A stretch of DNA of 64,000 nt, from contig CDPCPM010000056.1 of the NCBI GenBank assembly GCA_976551045.1, positions 21,762,001-21,826,000 of the forward strand. Direction: 5' to 3'. The position numbers and the translations under genes were made by a program. Position 1 is the first letter of the stretch. Each line of letters begins with the position of its first letter. Positions 23,080-36,119 of the stretch are shown here, piece after piece. Below the pieces are notes generated by a model. The model made no database searches. It was not told the DNA's origin and saw nothing but the letters and a program-made list of their open reading frames with translations. Source of the DNA: Glaucostegus cemiculus. Taxonomy: Eukaryota.

Positions 23080-23790
23080 TCAATAATCAAAGTAAAATTA
23101 GCTTCATGACTATTTTCTGCATTGCACATCAGGTTTTCCCTCTGGATAAGTGAACTGCAGACATATTGAAATTGTGGCCTGACCAGAGCACTACATAATG
23201 TTCAAATTAAAACAGAAAATGCTGTAAATACTCAGCAGGTTAGGTAGCTTCTGTGGAGAGAGAGAAACAGAGTTAATCTTTCAGGTCAATGATCTTTCAA
23301 CAGATTTATTCTTTTATTCAACTGCACTGGATATGTGGTTTCACATCCTTTTGGCTTTATAGTTATTGTCCTGCATTGACTGGAGTATTTAGTATCGTCA
23401 CTTTTGCGTATTTTCAGTTTCAACATTAATTATATGAAGACCATTCACTCAGTATCCATGTTTTCTACTTGCCTTCCTTGAATCCAGTATTATACATTTG
23501 TCTGCATTAAATTACATATGTTATTTATATGCTGTTGATATATTTTCTCCACCTTACACCATAATTTCACTTTCCAGTTTTACTTTATTCCCACTTTGTT
23601 GTCAATTGCAGACTTGACCACTTTATTCAGTTTCTGTTTGATTCCAGCATGGAGCCCTTAGGCAGTCCACTCAATACTCTCCCAACCCATCCCCTGTCCG
23701 ACATAAATCCTCTTAACAAATACCCATTGTTTCCTTCCCTTCAGCTAGTTTCTTATCCAAGATTAGGACTCATGAGATTTACTTTCATGC
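23080..23790 (-). mobile_element. Very old CR1 LINE fragments, interrupted by the 23201-23305 element
   Basis: GGAGCCCTTAGGCAGTCCACT is a reversed SG.P.GS. GCATTAAATTACATATG and AGCTAGTTTCTTATCCA are reversed CR1 RT segments. Confidence 0.55.
23201..23305 (-). mobile_element. Penelope-like terminal fragment; best-preserved hammerhead-like core
   Basis: Minus strand reads CTGTTGA-AAGATC-ATT-GACCT-GAAAGATT-AACTCTGTTTCTCTCTCTCCACAGAAGCTACCTAACCTGCTGAGTATTTACAGCATTTTCTGTTTT. Confidence 0.7.
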
Positions 23791-24390
23791 ATTTCTTACA
23801 AAGTTTAGGGCTCCTGGGATTGGGGATAATTTATTAGCATAGATTGCTTAATGGACAGAAAACAAAGTAGGAATAAACTGATCATTTTTTGGGAACGTAA
23901 CTAATTAAATGCTGCAAAAATTAGAGTTTGGACCCCAACTCCATACAATTTATGTCAATAACTTAGATAGAGTGATGGGATGTAGTATATCCATGTTTGC
24001 TGATGATGCAATAAAGGATGGGAGAGTAAGGTTTAAGGAAGGTGCATGGGGTTGCAGAATAATTAAGCAATTGAGGATGAAGATGGCAGATGCAGTACAA
24101 TAAGGAACGTATGAAATTGTGCACTTTGGTAGGATTGAAGAAAAGCAAAAATGTTTTTAAAGATCTAAAAACTATAAATATTGGTATTAAAAAGATCCTT
24201 GTGTCCTCTTACACAATTCACAGAACACTAACATCAAGGGACAACAAAGAATCAGAAAGTTATGTATTAGTTTTAATTCCAAGGACCTGGAGTATAAGGA
24301 CAAGGATGTATTTCTTCAAGTCTAAATGGCTATTATCTTAAATATACATAAGATTATACAATGTGAGACTACACATGGAGTACAGTATAC
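23790..24390 (+). mobile_element. Old CR1 LINE RT fragment
   Basis: GPQLHTIYVNNLD...ISMFADDA in the ORF at 23909-24103, then GTGAGACTACACATGGAGTAC (VRLHMEY). Confidence 0.8.
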
Positions 24391-26409
24391 TGTGTACATT
24401 TGTGTTCTTTTGTTATTGCTTTGTGTTCACTATGTAAGCCCTTTCACTTGCAGGACTTGTGCATATTGTTTTTTCTCCTCAAATGACCATTAGTTGCTTT
24501 GTTTCCACCTTTGAGGACGTGTTTATTTAATCTAAGAATATTGGTTTTAGAAATATATTGATCCTTCAGATTTGGAAGCATATTTCTAAAGGTGTTCTTG
24601 AATTGCTGAAATGTTTTAACAATTCCCCTATCTATTTGATTTAGATCACAAATGTTATTGAATCATATAAAATGTCCACCAAATACTACACTTTGAAATT
24701 ATGGCTTCAGCTGAGCTTTAATTGTTTAGGTACTGTATGTGTCTCTGTCTTTCCTTCTTTGTATGTTGAAAGATAAAATGGCTATTGGATAATTCTTGAT
24801 TTTCAGTGCTTGAAAAAAACAATTCAAATAATTAAATTTCAAGTGTACCAACATTTTTAGTGGGAAAAGTGACATAGATGTTTTAATTTTTTGTTGGCTG
24901 GACTCATTTAACAACAGGACTAACTCAGATTCAAGCATTTGCTAACCGTGATTTTCAAACCATTTCTGTCGACGTCTAAATTCCTGCCATGCATGTGCTA
25001 CAGATAAAGAGCACCTAGTCAGAAAATTACACACTTATGTTGCATTTGATGAAGGCAGAGTATTGTTACATTTAAAGTACTGAAGAAATAATTGGTTCAC
25101 TTTCTTGTATCTTGTTATCTTGTTTGAGAACATACTATATGGATATTGAATACCTTTTTACAAGTGTTTGAAAGGGATAGAAAAAGATGATGGATATTGA
25201 AGTGAATAAACATGTTGGGAGAAAACCATATCAATCGCTAATATCCATATGTCCCAGTTTCTATGACTCATTCTATGTTTTTCCAGACTTATTGCTACTC
25301 TTGTGCTGTTTCCTTTTCTTCTCTCCAAGGGCACCTTAAACTCTGAATTTCAAAACCATAAAATAAATCAAATGTTCAAAGTGCCAATATTTTTAGTTTT
25401 GAAGTATATTTTGTTTCACTGATATGTCTCAGATTTGCCTCAAGTACAGTGACTATAGGAAGCTGTTTAATTTAGTAGCAGTAATCCCCCACCACAAAAG
25501 TGTCAAATCAATACAAGTTAAGGAGATTAATTATTTAGAACCCACCAGCTTTTAATTAGTTAGCTATTTCTGAAGAATGGATTTGGTTACAATATTGATG
25601 CACGGCAATATGGTTACCTCATTGTTAAAACTCCTATTCTAGAAAGTTTTTCTGCATCTTAGGTTGTTTCAGCAGAATAGTTTCATTGTGGATATTGTAT
25701 GCAGTTGAAGAAACCTTCTGTACTTTCCTCCTAAAGAGACACAATAGACATCCAATGTTCAGGATTTCTTTAATGAATACATGATAACTTGAAACTTCAA
25801 ATTTGAGCCAGGGCTCAAATTTAAACTTCAAAACAAAATGTGTATTCAGTCATTGTTTTGTTACTGCTAAAATTTATTGAACCAAAATTTTGATTTGCTT
25901 TTATCAGAATTGAGACTCCAATTCTGCGTTATGATAATGACTTTAAATGCCTTTATTTTTGGAGATGTTAACAATTCAGAAAAATTGGAAGCAACAAATT
26001 TTCTAGTTACCTTATCTGCTGCCTCTAGGAATCCTGTAAATTTGCTGTGTTTTTGCTTTTTCTTAAAATAGCCATATGTACATGACAAATAAGTCTGTTC
26101 TTTCCTCAAATGAGAGCTGCTTTTGGTTTGTTGATATTATTAAGTCTCAATACTTTAGCATCTAACACCCAGAGGTAACTTGAGGATAAATCACTGAATG
26201 TATAAACCTGACAAAAGCACTGTGAAAATGTAATTGTGGTTTCTTAATGATGAGACTTCCAAAATTTCTTCTGTTGTGGCATTTTTATAACTTTGAAAAG
26301 AAAATTTCATTTCTCCTCATCTTTGTGAAGTGCCTTGTATTATTTTCACTTTACTGGGAGAATATGCAAGCTTTAGAAAGAAAGTCCCTTAGATTGTGTT
26401 TGGACCTCA

Positions 26410-26760
26410 CAAACACATTTGGCGGAGTCAAGGGTTTTTGCAAGATCCAAAAAGGCCATGATTAGAGGTTGATGCTGCTCCCTGACATTTATTTAGGCAT
26501 AGACAATTGGTGAAGACCATGTCCATTGTGCCTCCAGAAGGGCATAATCCCCAACATGATTGTCAAGTAGCTTTGTCCCTCTGAAAGGAGGGAGTAGAGG
26601 AGGACCCCAGCGATGAACTTCCCTGTGGCAGGTAGCAGGGTATCACTGTGTTGCTACCATAATTGTCTTTGTCTCTGCTCTCGATGCTGATCGTGATTGT
26701 GGTGTTTTGAAGTCCCTTGTGAGATGAGGTTGTCCAAAGAAGTTTATCTTCATCTTGCAT
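26410..26760 (-). mobile_element. RTE-clade LINE, N-terminal RT segment (inverted arm)
   Basis: Across frameshifts the minus strand reads DFK..TITISIESRDKDNYGSNTVI / LLPATGKFIAGVLL / GTMDMVFT / EQHQPLIMAFLDLAKTLDS, matching D..IV.I.KKGD...CGNYRGISLL...GK / DL.KAFD. Confidence 0.75.
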
Positions 26761-27090
26761 CTATTTCATAATGCCCTGATCTTAACTACTGGGTCTATAA
26801 CAGACCAAATCTCAGTGAAGAACAGTGTTAAGTAAGGCTGCATCATTGCCTCAATATTTTTCTCCATCTTTCTTGCTGCACCTTGCCTCCAGCGTGCTCC
26901 TTTCTGGGATGGAGCTGCTCTGTGTAACAGATGGGAAACTGTTCGACTTATGTCGCTTTCACTGCAGTTCCAATGTCACCCCAAATTTAATTATTGGGCT
27001 GCATTATGCAGACAACACTTCTATATGTACCTGTTCAGAGAATAAACTCCAAATCATTGTTGATCTTTTCACTGAAACGTACGAGAAAGA
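26761..27090 (+). mobile_element. RTE-clade LINE, central RT segment
   Basis: VK*GCIIA, TDGKLFDLCRF, LHYADN and SENKLQIIVDLFTETYEK are RTE-type GVKQGC / DGKLFNL / YADD motifs. Confidence 0.85.
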
Positions 27091-27109
27091 GTCTGGAACT
27101 GAGTGATCC

Positions 27110-27980
27110 TTGGGAAGCCCAAACTGAGCACCAGTGGGCAGTTATTAGTAAGTGAGTGCTGCTGGATAATGCCATTGACGGCATCTTCCATAACTTGAGA
27201 ATAGAGCATAGTCTTGAAGTGGGGGGGGGGCGAGGTGGTGGTAATTATCTGGACAGGATTTCTCCTGCCCTTTTTGCACAGGACACACGTGGGTAACGTT
27301 TCACTTTCTTAGTGCTGGAACAGTTTAGCTAAGCACCTGGCAAATTCTAGACTTCAAGATTAATATGAATGGATGCCCCCACTGGTCTTCATGAAAATTT
27401 ATGACTCCGTGACTTCAGGATGTTTTGTCCAACAGCTGTTGCTGCATCAGTTGCTCTCAAACATTTCTGGATATCACTTGGGTGAAGACTAGTTTCTGTG
27501 ATGAAGGAAGTCTAAGGAGGAAACTATGATGGATCATTACTCAGTAAATGAAGATGATTAAAAAGTTCCTTCTGCTGTCAGTGTGGAGTTTACACATTCT
27601 CCCTTTGACTGCTTACGTTTCCTCTGGGTGTTTTGAATATCTCCCCTTTATCACAATGGAAGTACTATACAACGTAGTGCAGAGTGACCTTTTACTGTTG
27701 TGAAGACAGGGCTTTCTCTCTACAAAGACTATGGGGTAGTCACTCCTACCTATACTGACAGGACTGGTGCATCAATAGCAGGAAAACTGATGAGAGTGAG
27801 ATCAAGTTATATTGGTTTACTCATCACTTTGTGCAAACCCAGTCTGACAGTTCTACCCTCCTGGGCTTAGTCATCTTGGTCAGTGGTGGTGCCACTGAGA
27901 AACCACTGGTAATGAGCACTGAAATTGCCTGCTTAAGTGAATATTTTGTGCCTTTTCTACTTTCAGTGCTTCTTCCATAT
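27110..27980 (-). mobile_element. LINE family B fragments, with a short V-SINE core fragment (+, ~27578-27640) inside
   Basis: GCTGGATAATGCCATTGACGGCATCTTCCATAACTT and TGCTGGAACAGTTTAGCT are reversed homologues of 20700-20900. GTGTGGAGTTTACACATTCTCCC...GTTTCCTCTGGGTG is the SINE core. Confidence 0.65.
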
Positions 27981-28240
27981 GTTTTTCCACAGAACCCAAA
28001 TGTTGCCCAAGTGAGTAGCGGAGTTAAAATCAGGACATTATATATGATTACATACTATACCTGTGCTAGCTTATTACTGTAAATGTGCTTTAATTTTACA
28101 AAATTCTGAAGATTGGCATGATTGATCAGAGGTGGGCATGTAAGCATTCTTATGTTTGTGAGAAGTTGGATGAGAAATGGGTATGCTTGGCTCTGATGCT
28201 TTTCACTTAGTGATAGTCAACAGAGCAATTTCATCTTTTG

Positions 28241-28355
28241 AACAGAAATGTTGGAAATTCTGATGAAGGGTGCCAGACCACAAATGTTGCCTGACCTGCT
28301 GAGTGTTTCCAGCATTTTCTGTTTTTATTTCAGATTTCCAACATCTGCAGTTTTT
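28241..28355 (+). mobile_element. Penelope-like terminal fragment with inverted ends and an intact CTGATGA box
   Basis: AACAGAAATGTTGGAAA-TTCTGATGAAGGG...CTGACCTGCTGAGTGTTTCCAGCATTTTCTGTTTTTATTTCAGATTTCCAACATCTGCAG. Confidence 0.75.
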
Positions 28356-28403
28356 GATCACATTGGGGCAGGGTCAAGATGTTGACTCTGCCCCAATGTG
28401 ATC
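28356..28403. repeat. 22-bp inverted repeat with 4-nt loop
   Basis: GATCACATTGGGGCAGGGTCAA-GATG-TTGACTCTGCCCCAATGTGATC, with one G/T position. Confidence 0.95.
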
Positions 28404-31189
28404 TTCACCAATGTGATGTGAATAACCTCCCTGTTGAAGAAACTCCGAATTATTATTCTGTTGAGATTATTTTGGTATTTTACCAATTGCACAGATTAAT
28501 GATTAGCTCTGAGTAGAATTCTACCTGTTGTTTCAGTCTCTCACTGTGAGATTGCCAATTTAATACTAAATAATGGAAAGATTTGTGCCATGGTTTAGTT
28601 AGTTTAAGTTTTATGGTCTGATTTGTGATGTACTCTACTGAAAAATTTAGTACTTGCTTCCCTTGATTTGCTTTGCCATTCAAAATCAGAGTAGATAATC
28701 CCAAGATTTTATTAGGCTCATATGTTGCTAATTGTCTAAATGCAGAGTAAATATACTGTTGTGCTGTAAACTTCAATTATTAGCCACTCCTTCCAGCCTA
28801 TCTACTGCCAATCCTCCTGCAGTCATTCTTTTGTTTCCAGCCATTCTTGCTCTCCTTTTCACTATGCAGAACAAAATTTAAGAGAGATGGTAAATAGTTT
28901 AAGATTAATATACCACTGTATATCATTGAAATATCCTCCAGTGTTTGAAATCCTGCCTATTTTCACTTTTATCCAATGCATCAAATAGTTTCTGCTGGTT
29001 GCATTGATATCTGAATTTGACCAAGTTTGAAGTTTGCAGAATTTTTAGTGCATGTTTGACTTGAATCCAGTACCTTTTATCCAAGTTTTGGAAATACATT
29101 GTATTGGCAGATGGCCTTATTCCAAAAAAATACATATGCTCCAAACTGAAATTATGAATGTGGCAACTTTTCAGCCATTTCATTTGTTTACTATTGTCTG
29201 AGGAAACACTTAAAATTAAATGTTCTTTTTAGGTAAATATGCAGCAGTAAATGTTAAGTGATAATTGTTAAACAATTAAATGTTGTTAAATGTCAAAGTA
29301 TATATTTAGTTGATTGAGAAACTGACTTGGTGCAATGAAAGTAGTAAATAAATTCATCAGATTTAGTGATCTAATTTCACTCTACTCCTAAGTGTTGGCT
29401 GGATAATTTTATTATAAATGCTTGTTTTTGTCATCTTCAGCAGTATCGATGGAATTGCAGCCGTGTACATAGAAACTTTAAGTGATCGTTAATGCATGGG
29501 GGAAAGATGAATAATTTTGTTCTATTAATCTGCTTGACTGCTCTGGTTCATGGAAGATGTACATATGTACCTATGAGTTATGATGCAAACTTGGGAAAAA
29601 CAGCACAATTGAAAGTATAATTTGTGTTCAGATTGCTGAGCCAGCCCATAGTGGAAATTCTATAGCATAATGTGTTAAATAATAATTCCTTATAAATAAA
29701 TAGAGTAGTTCACAGTGCATGTTTTGCACTGTAGTAAAGCACAGCAACAATAATCTTTAAAAGCAGTTTATTTGATTGCTGTCAATTCCTATGTGCAGTG
29801 TCAAAAATCTGCCCCCTAAGCTAGAAAGGGTTAATTCAATTCCCTTTCCAAATTAATAGCACTTGTCCATCATGACTTTGCAAGGAACCTGGCTTACAGG
29901 AATATATAGTTCTGACAAGTCCTTGCCACAGGAAACATATTTTGCAAATTATTATCCTCTTGATAACACAATTTTCTGGGAAAAACTGCCTGCATCATTC
30001 TTAACTGACAACAACCAATACCAGCACATGGCACATTCACTTTCGGAACTAGTTAGATCTTGAAGAATTTGTAAACAATCAGACCAGTTACAGTAAATAG
30101 GTTTCTGTTCAAATATCATGTTTACTTTCTAATACCCTGTATCATGTTAGTCATAGTTGAACTAATTGTGTTCGTTGGTATACTTCTTTAAAATTAGCTC
30201 TCCAGCTTGTAAAAAATCTCCTTTTCAAGAGGTTAGTTTACTGACAAAAGCAAGGATAAATCATAACAGGTACAATTTACTCCCAACAGTGAAATGCATC
30301 TATTTTCAAGTTATGTGTGTCCTGGATTTTTTTTAAATTCAGAACATGCCATTGATGTTACAAAAATTGTTTTCTGAAGCCCCTTGAAATCAGACTGCAT
30401 TTTCCTATAAATGTAACTCTGAAGGAAGAAAGCAAAATCAAGTCAAGTGGAATGACTCTACTTGTACGCGTTTGAGAAATGATTACTTAAAACTGATCTT
30501 TCTCTTTGCATTGGACAATGTTGGTTGTACTTAGCATCTATTAAATACTGTACATTTTCCTGCATCGTTTTAGCCAACCATTATCCTGTCACATTAAACA
30601 ATTATCTCTTAATCCTCACACTTCTTTTCATCAAAACAATTTTGATGGCTATTTGATGCAGAAATTCAACCAAATAGAGGGTTAAATGAATGAAAAGTAC
30701 TCTGCCTACCTTTTTATAGATGAACTATTCAATTAAGAGTTCACTGATGTTGCATTTAGGGGGAAGAAAAAGCTCACTTATGAGGCTATTTTAATCTTTG
30801 TTGAGGTTTCCCTGTTTGCCCCTTGTCTTTACGCTATTCCCATCCAAGAAGTTGGGCAGATATTCTTCCTATTGCTTTCAGACAAAGATCTTCAACCAAC
30901 TGTTCAGGAATAGAAGAAAGTTCTGTAGAGCCGAACCTCACTTTTTGGTGCATTGTCTGGAAGAAGTGCTTTTCAAAGATTGAAAAGATCTTTAACATGA
31001 ACAGTGGGATTCAATTCTTGATTCAAGTTAAATCCATGTTCTAAAAATTACTTTTAATATTCCAATGAAGCTGCATAAAACTCTGTTTAAACTCCTGCTA
31101 TTTTTGATTTGTCTTACATCATCATCTATTTTGAGCAGATGAATAGTTGTACTGAGCAAATGCCAAAAATACATCTAAGATACAACTTA

Positions 31190-31390
31190 TTAGAAGATAT
31201 GGTAACCCAGTAAACCAGAGCTTGAGAGTTTATATCCCAGCATGACCTATTAGGATACTGAATTCAGTAAGGCTAATAATTCATAAGCCTACACCAAAGA
31301 AAAAGATCATAATGACTACTAGATTATGGTAGTAACACAACAGGTTTATTAGTGTCCTCTCAGGGATGGATATATGACAATTATGCGGGA
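31190..31390 (+). mobile_element. Old SINE-like repeat 5' fragment
   Basis: CAGTAAACCAGAG...GAGTTTATATCCCAGCATG...GAATTCAGT...GGTTTATTAGTGTCCTCTCAGGGA is homologous to 22490-22845. Confidence 0.5.
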
Positions 31391-31689
31391 AATTCAGATG
31401 CATGTAATGACATCAGACAAACATGCGAGTCCTCCATGTTATTTAGGCAGCTTAGTTCTTTGTGATATCCCATGAGAACTGGATAACAAATGAACAATTT
31501 ATTACCTATTCTGAAGTTTACTGTTTAATATAACAGTGAAACAAATAATTTTCAAAATTATGTGGATAGAGCAAGATCTGCTAGGTTTACTTGCAACAAA
31601 ACTTGGAAAGCATTGAGATTTCTTTTGATGAGTGGCAAATAATATTTGCACCACTTGACTACCAATGACCATATACCATTTGCAAACAC

Positions 31690-32300
31690 ATTATCATTGG
31701 CTAATCCTACATCATCAAAATTCTCGGTGATTACTGCTGTCAGGATGCTTAATTGGAACAACCACATTAATACTATGAATTCATGAAATGGTCAGAGGCT
31801 GGATATTCTTCAACAAGTGATGTATCTCCTGACTCCCCAAAGATTTCCTACTATACACAAGATACCTGGATGAGTATAGTTTGAGAAACTTGACACCATC
31901 GATGACAAAGCTACCTGCTTAAGGGCATCCATTCCATCACTTTAAATATTCACATTCTCTCCCATTGGCACACAAAATGTACTGCAGCAACTCACCAACT
32001 CTTCTTTGACATTAATTCCCAAACCATAAGCTCTACCACTGAAATGGCAAAAGTCAACAGCTACATAAAAATAGCACCATTTGCAAGTTCCCCTTAAAAG
32101 CACATAATATCATGACTTGGACTTATACTGCCATTTCTTCATCACCAGAGGGTTGAATCCTGGAAGTCATCACCTTTTTGCACTGTGAGAGTATCTCCCC
32201 ATGAAGACTACAGATGTTCAAGAAAGCAGCCAACCACTTTCTCAAACACAAATAGGATGGACAATGAAAGCTAATCGTGCCAATAGTGTCCTTGAATTTG
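31690..32300 (+). mobile_element. LINE family B 3' fragment
   Basis: TGGAACAACCACATTAATACT..GGTCAGAGGCTGG..CTCCTGACTCCCCAAAG, and a tail TTCTCAAAC..AGGATGGACAATGAAAGCT like 1610-1645. Confidence 0.75.
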
Positions 32301-32479
32301 ATATGAATTAAAATTTAAAATAACAGAAATACAAGAAAATAAACAAAATGTGAAAGATTTTGTTTATGGAAAAGTTGAGACTGAATAGGTTTAAAAAAGG
32401 AAATTCACTTTATTGAGGTGAAAAAAGCGGTAGAAATTTGTATTTTTCACAGAATATTATGGTAATGAGAATGAAGGGT

Positions 32480-32950
32480 ACAAAAGATTAATTATACAGG
32501 GCAAGATTGCTTACAGCAAAGAAAATAGTCCTGAAATAGTAGGAAAATTTAAAATGAAAAATGCACCTTCCGTGATGACCTCCTGAAATGATGAAGAAAT
32601 TTAGAGAGCAGCTGTGGCCACAATATTTTAAACATCTTATGATATGCAAGCTTTGCCAGAAGACAAAGTTGCTAATATAAACCAATTTATCTCATGAAAG
32701 GAGAAAGGGATAAATCAACAAACAATAGGCCAGTCACCTAACATCCAAAGTTGGTACATCTGCAGAAGCAATAATATTCAATAAAATTAAAATATACTTA
32801 GAAAGGCATGAGTTAATTAAGGGCAGACAATGAGGATTTGTGGGAAAAAAACTAGTGCCATTAAATCTCAAGAGTTCTTTACAGAAATAACGAAGTTCAT
32901 TGATGAAGTAATTGTATTGTATTTTGGATATATGGATTTTCAAAAGGCCA
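32480..32950 (+). mobile_element. Old CR1 LINE fragment
   Basis: AACAATAGGCCAGTCACCTAACATC (N.RPV.LTS) and FGYMDFQKA. Confidence 0.7.
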
Positions 32951-34099
32951 TACTCCCCTGCTTCTCCATCCTATACACCATCTTTAAATCTGTTCTTCAT
33001 TTCTTTGGCCTGAAACTTTTCTTACTTTTGAATAAGCATCTTTCTGTGTCTCTTTGAATTGCTTTCTCTTTCTACCACTTCAAAGTGGCTTATTGAAGGT
33101 ACTGTGTAAATCCAGTTTAGTTGTAAAATTAGCTCTAAAATTAGGAATGGGAGCAGTCCCATTCAACTCCTCAAATCTATTCCACCATTCAGTTATCAGC
33201 TTACCATGTTGTAACTACATTTACCTGCCTCAGAACAATACCTGTTGATGCTATCTCTAAAAGAAATTTATCAATTGATCCAGCAAACACATCTGTTTGG
33301 GGAATTAATTCTACATTTCCATCACTCTTTGTGAACATTTTCATTCCTGGATGGTTTATCTAATTTTAAGTTTGTGGCCCTAGTTTTTCAGAACCAACTG
33401 AATTTCTTTCAAAGTTAAACACTTAAATTAGATCAACTCAATTTTCTGAACACAGGAAAATTTAAAGCCAAGTTTATGTAGCCTTCCTTCATAACCTAGT
33501 CTTTCAAGCCTTGATTAAACTTGCAGAGACTAGTACAGATATGATGGGCTAAATGGCTTTCCCTTTGAGGAGTAATGGCAGACACAGCTTGTAACATTGA
33601 CAGTGAAGCCATCATGGGCACGAGGGCAATTGAGTAAGTTCCTGCAGAGGCAGAGGAGAAATGGAGCACTTGGAAGGCAGCCAGATGAGAACTGACATTG
33701 TGAAATGAGGCTCTGCTGCAATACCTGAGACCTGCAATATGCCTCTTCATCCACTCAAGGACAGTCCCTGCCTGGTCAGGAGTTTGCTGAAGTCAACCTG
33801 CCAGCTTTGCATTGTGCACATCAGTGGGAAGACCTGTTACTTTGGTGGGTGGACCACAGAAGAAGAAAATGGAGATTTGACAAGAGAGCAGAGAGGCTAG
33901 TTTACTTAATTGGAACTGCCAGACTTAGAACTACAACATTAAACTTTTGTCTTGAGATGAAATGTTAGCATTTGCTTCTGCTTATTATGTGCAATTTAGC
34001 AAATTTAGTGTCTGCCATTTATGTGCTTTTACTTCAAGTATTAATAGGTTGAAAACATTTAGGGGTTAATTAATTTTATCTATCTATGTTTGAATACAA

Positions 34100-34222
34100 A
34101 ATCAAAAACTGCAGATATCAGAAATCTGAAGTAAAAACATAAATACTGAAAATATTCAACAGGTCAGGCTGTGGAGAGAGAAACAAAGTTAAAGTTTCAG
34201 ATTGATAACCTCCCATCCTGAG
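34100..34222 (-). mobile_element. Penelope-like terminal fragment
   Basis: AACTGCAGATATCAGAAATCTGAAGTAAAAACA...CAGGTCAGGCTGTGGAGAGAGAAACAAAGTTAAAGTTTCAG. The minus strand retains GAAAC. Confidence 0.7.
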
Positions 34223-36119
34223 AATGTTTTTTCATTCATACAAATACAAACTATTTTAGCTGCATAGCACTAAATTATTATTTCATCCTTTTGGTTTTCT
34301 TCTGTAAATCTCTATTGTCACAAAATAGATCTTTTTACACTTAAGACAAAAAATATAAACATGATATGGAAGATAGCATGATAAGAAAGCTATCCAGCCA
34401 TTTTGTCTTTGACTTTGCTAGTGCTTTATTCAGATTGGAAATGTCTATTCTTAACTCGTATCACTGTCTTGTATTCTTTTTCTTTCCAATTTTTTAAAGC
34501 ATAATATTTTCAAATTGTATTGCAACTGTGGTAAAACATGCCACACTCTATTAATTTTGTATGAAAATAATATTTATTATTATGATGAACATATTTAGTC
34601 TGGGCTTCCTTGATACCAGTTTAGCAACCAGTGAACCCTATCTTATTTAACTTCCCCCAATTTTTATGTAAGAAAATATTAATTTATTCCTAACTTGAGC
34701 TAATGAAATCCTCAGAATGCAGGCCTTTGCTTCATGTATTTTATCTCTTTTATGTGGTTATCTGGTGTAACTAAGATGCAGAAACTGGGTAATTGCATCT
34801 GGGGTGGCATTGCCAAAATATTCACTCCATGTTTAGGGATTGCACATTGGGTTGCTGTTGTTTCTATAGTCTGTCCTTGTTTGCACTGGTCATGTATTGG
34901 AAAAGTTTTTCATTTGTACTTGTGCATTATTTGTCCACATCTGGCATAATTTGTGCAAATACAATTCAGAGATGACAACCTGTCCATCTGATCTTTCACA
35001 AGGTGCTTACATGTTTCCTTAAGTAATTTCCATCTGCCTTTCTAAATTTCATCAAAGTTGGAATTGTCTTATTGGAAATTAAGTGTGTGGACAGAAGGAC
35101 TTGCACAACTTTCCAATAATCCTGAATTTAAATAATTAAAAATTCAGTGCTGGACTGCCTGTGCTTTAAATCTCTTGCCCTGCTGAGCAGGTGAAACGAT
35201 TGACTCATATATTTCTGGCAATGATATTTCTAGATGTGTGCTTCAAAGGACAAAGGAATGTCAATTTTTTAACTATCTCCTCAGTTCTCTGAAGTAACTT
35301 TTTAATTTCTAGAGCCCTTCCACATATGCTTAAATCTAAGCCCTCTTGTAGACTTTCATTTTAATAGTCTATGCCATTCTGCAGGCCTGATGCCATATGT
35401 GCAGAATTCTTCCTTAATAAAAAGGTCAGTTCATTTCATTCTGCTACTCAGTTGCTCAAGATGACCTCAATGATGAGTTCTCTATATTTACAAATCAGAT
35501 AAGCTGATTACCTGCTGTAGTTGAATTGACTTGGGTCAAGGTTTAATAAAATTTTGTCAAGCCAAGAATACATTTGCATTGAGTTTTGCAATAACTTTTT
35601 TTTAGCCACGTAAATAAACTAAGCTATTCATAATATGGGAGCAGTCTTTCTTATATTGCTAGGGGAAAAAGTCCAGTTGGATAAGTGGATAATGTGCTTA
35701 TAACCAGTGATAGCTGTAATTTAGAAATAAGTAATTGTCATGAAATGATTGGGAACATCCCAAAAGACATCATTTCTTTTGTAAATGCAATACCCTTTCT
35801 TTTATTTGCTCATCAATTCTGATTTCAAGTGGAGACAATAACTGGACTTGTATTTAGAGAGAGAAACCTCACACTCTGAATATATCTCCAGTTAAACATG
35901 GAATTGTGCTTTGCTTCTGAAATACAGTTTGAGTTTTGATAACAGAAAACAATATTCTTAGGTTTATGTTCTAGGTCAAGGACAAATTTCTATCCCTTAA
36001 TTATTCAAATGGGGAGAAAGAATCAAAGAGAAAGAAATTACAACCAGATATTTTTTCATTCCTAAAATTACTTAATGAAAGTAACATGTGCTGTGGATAA
36101 AGGGAAACTGGTGGATATG

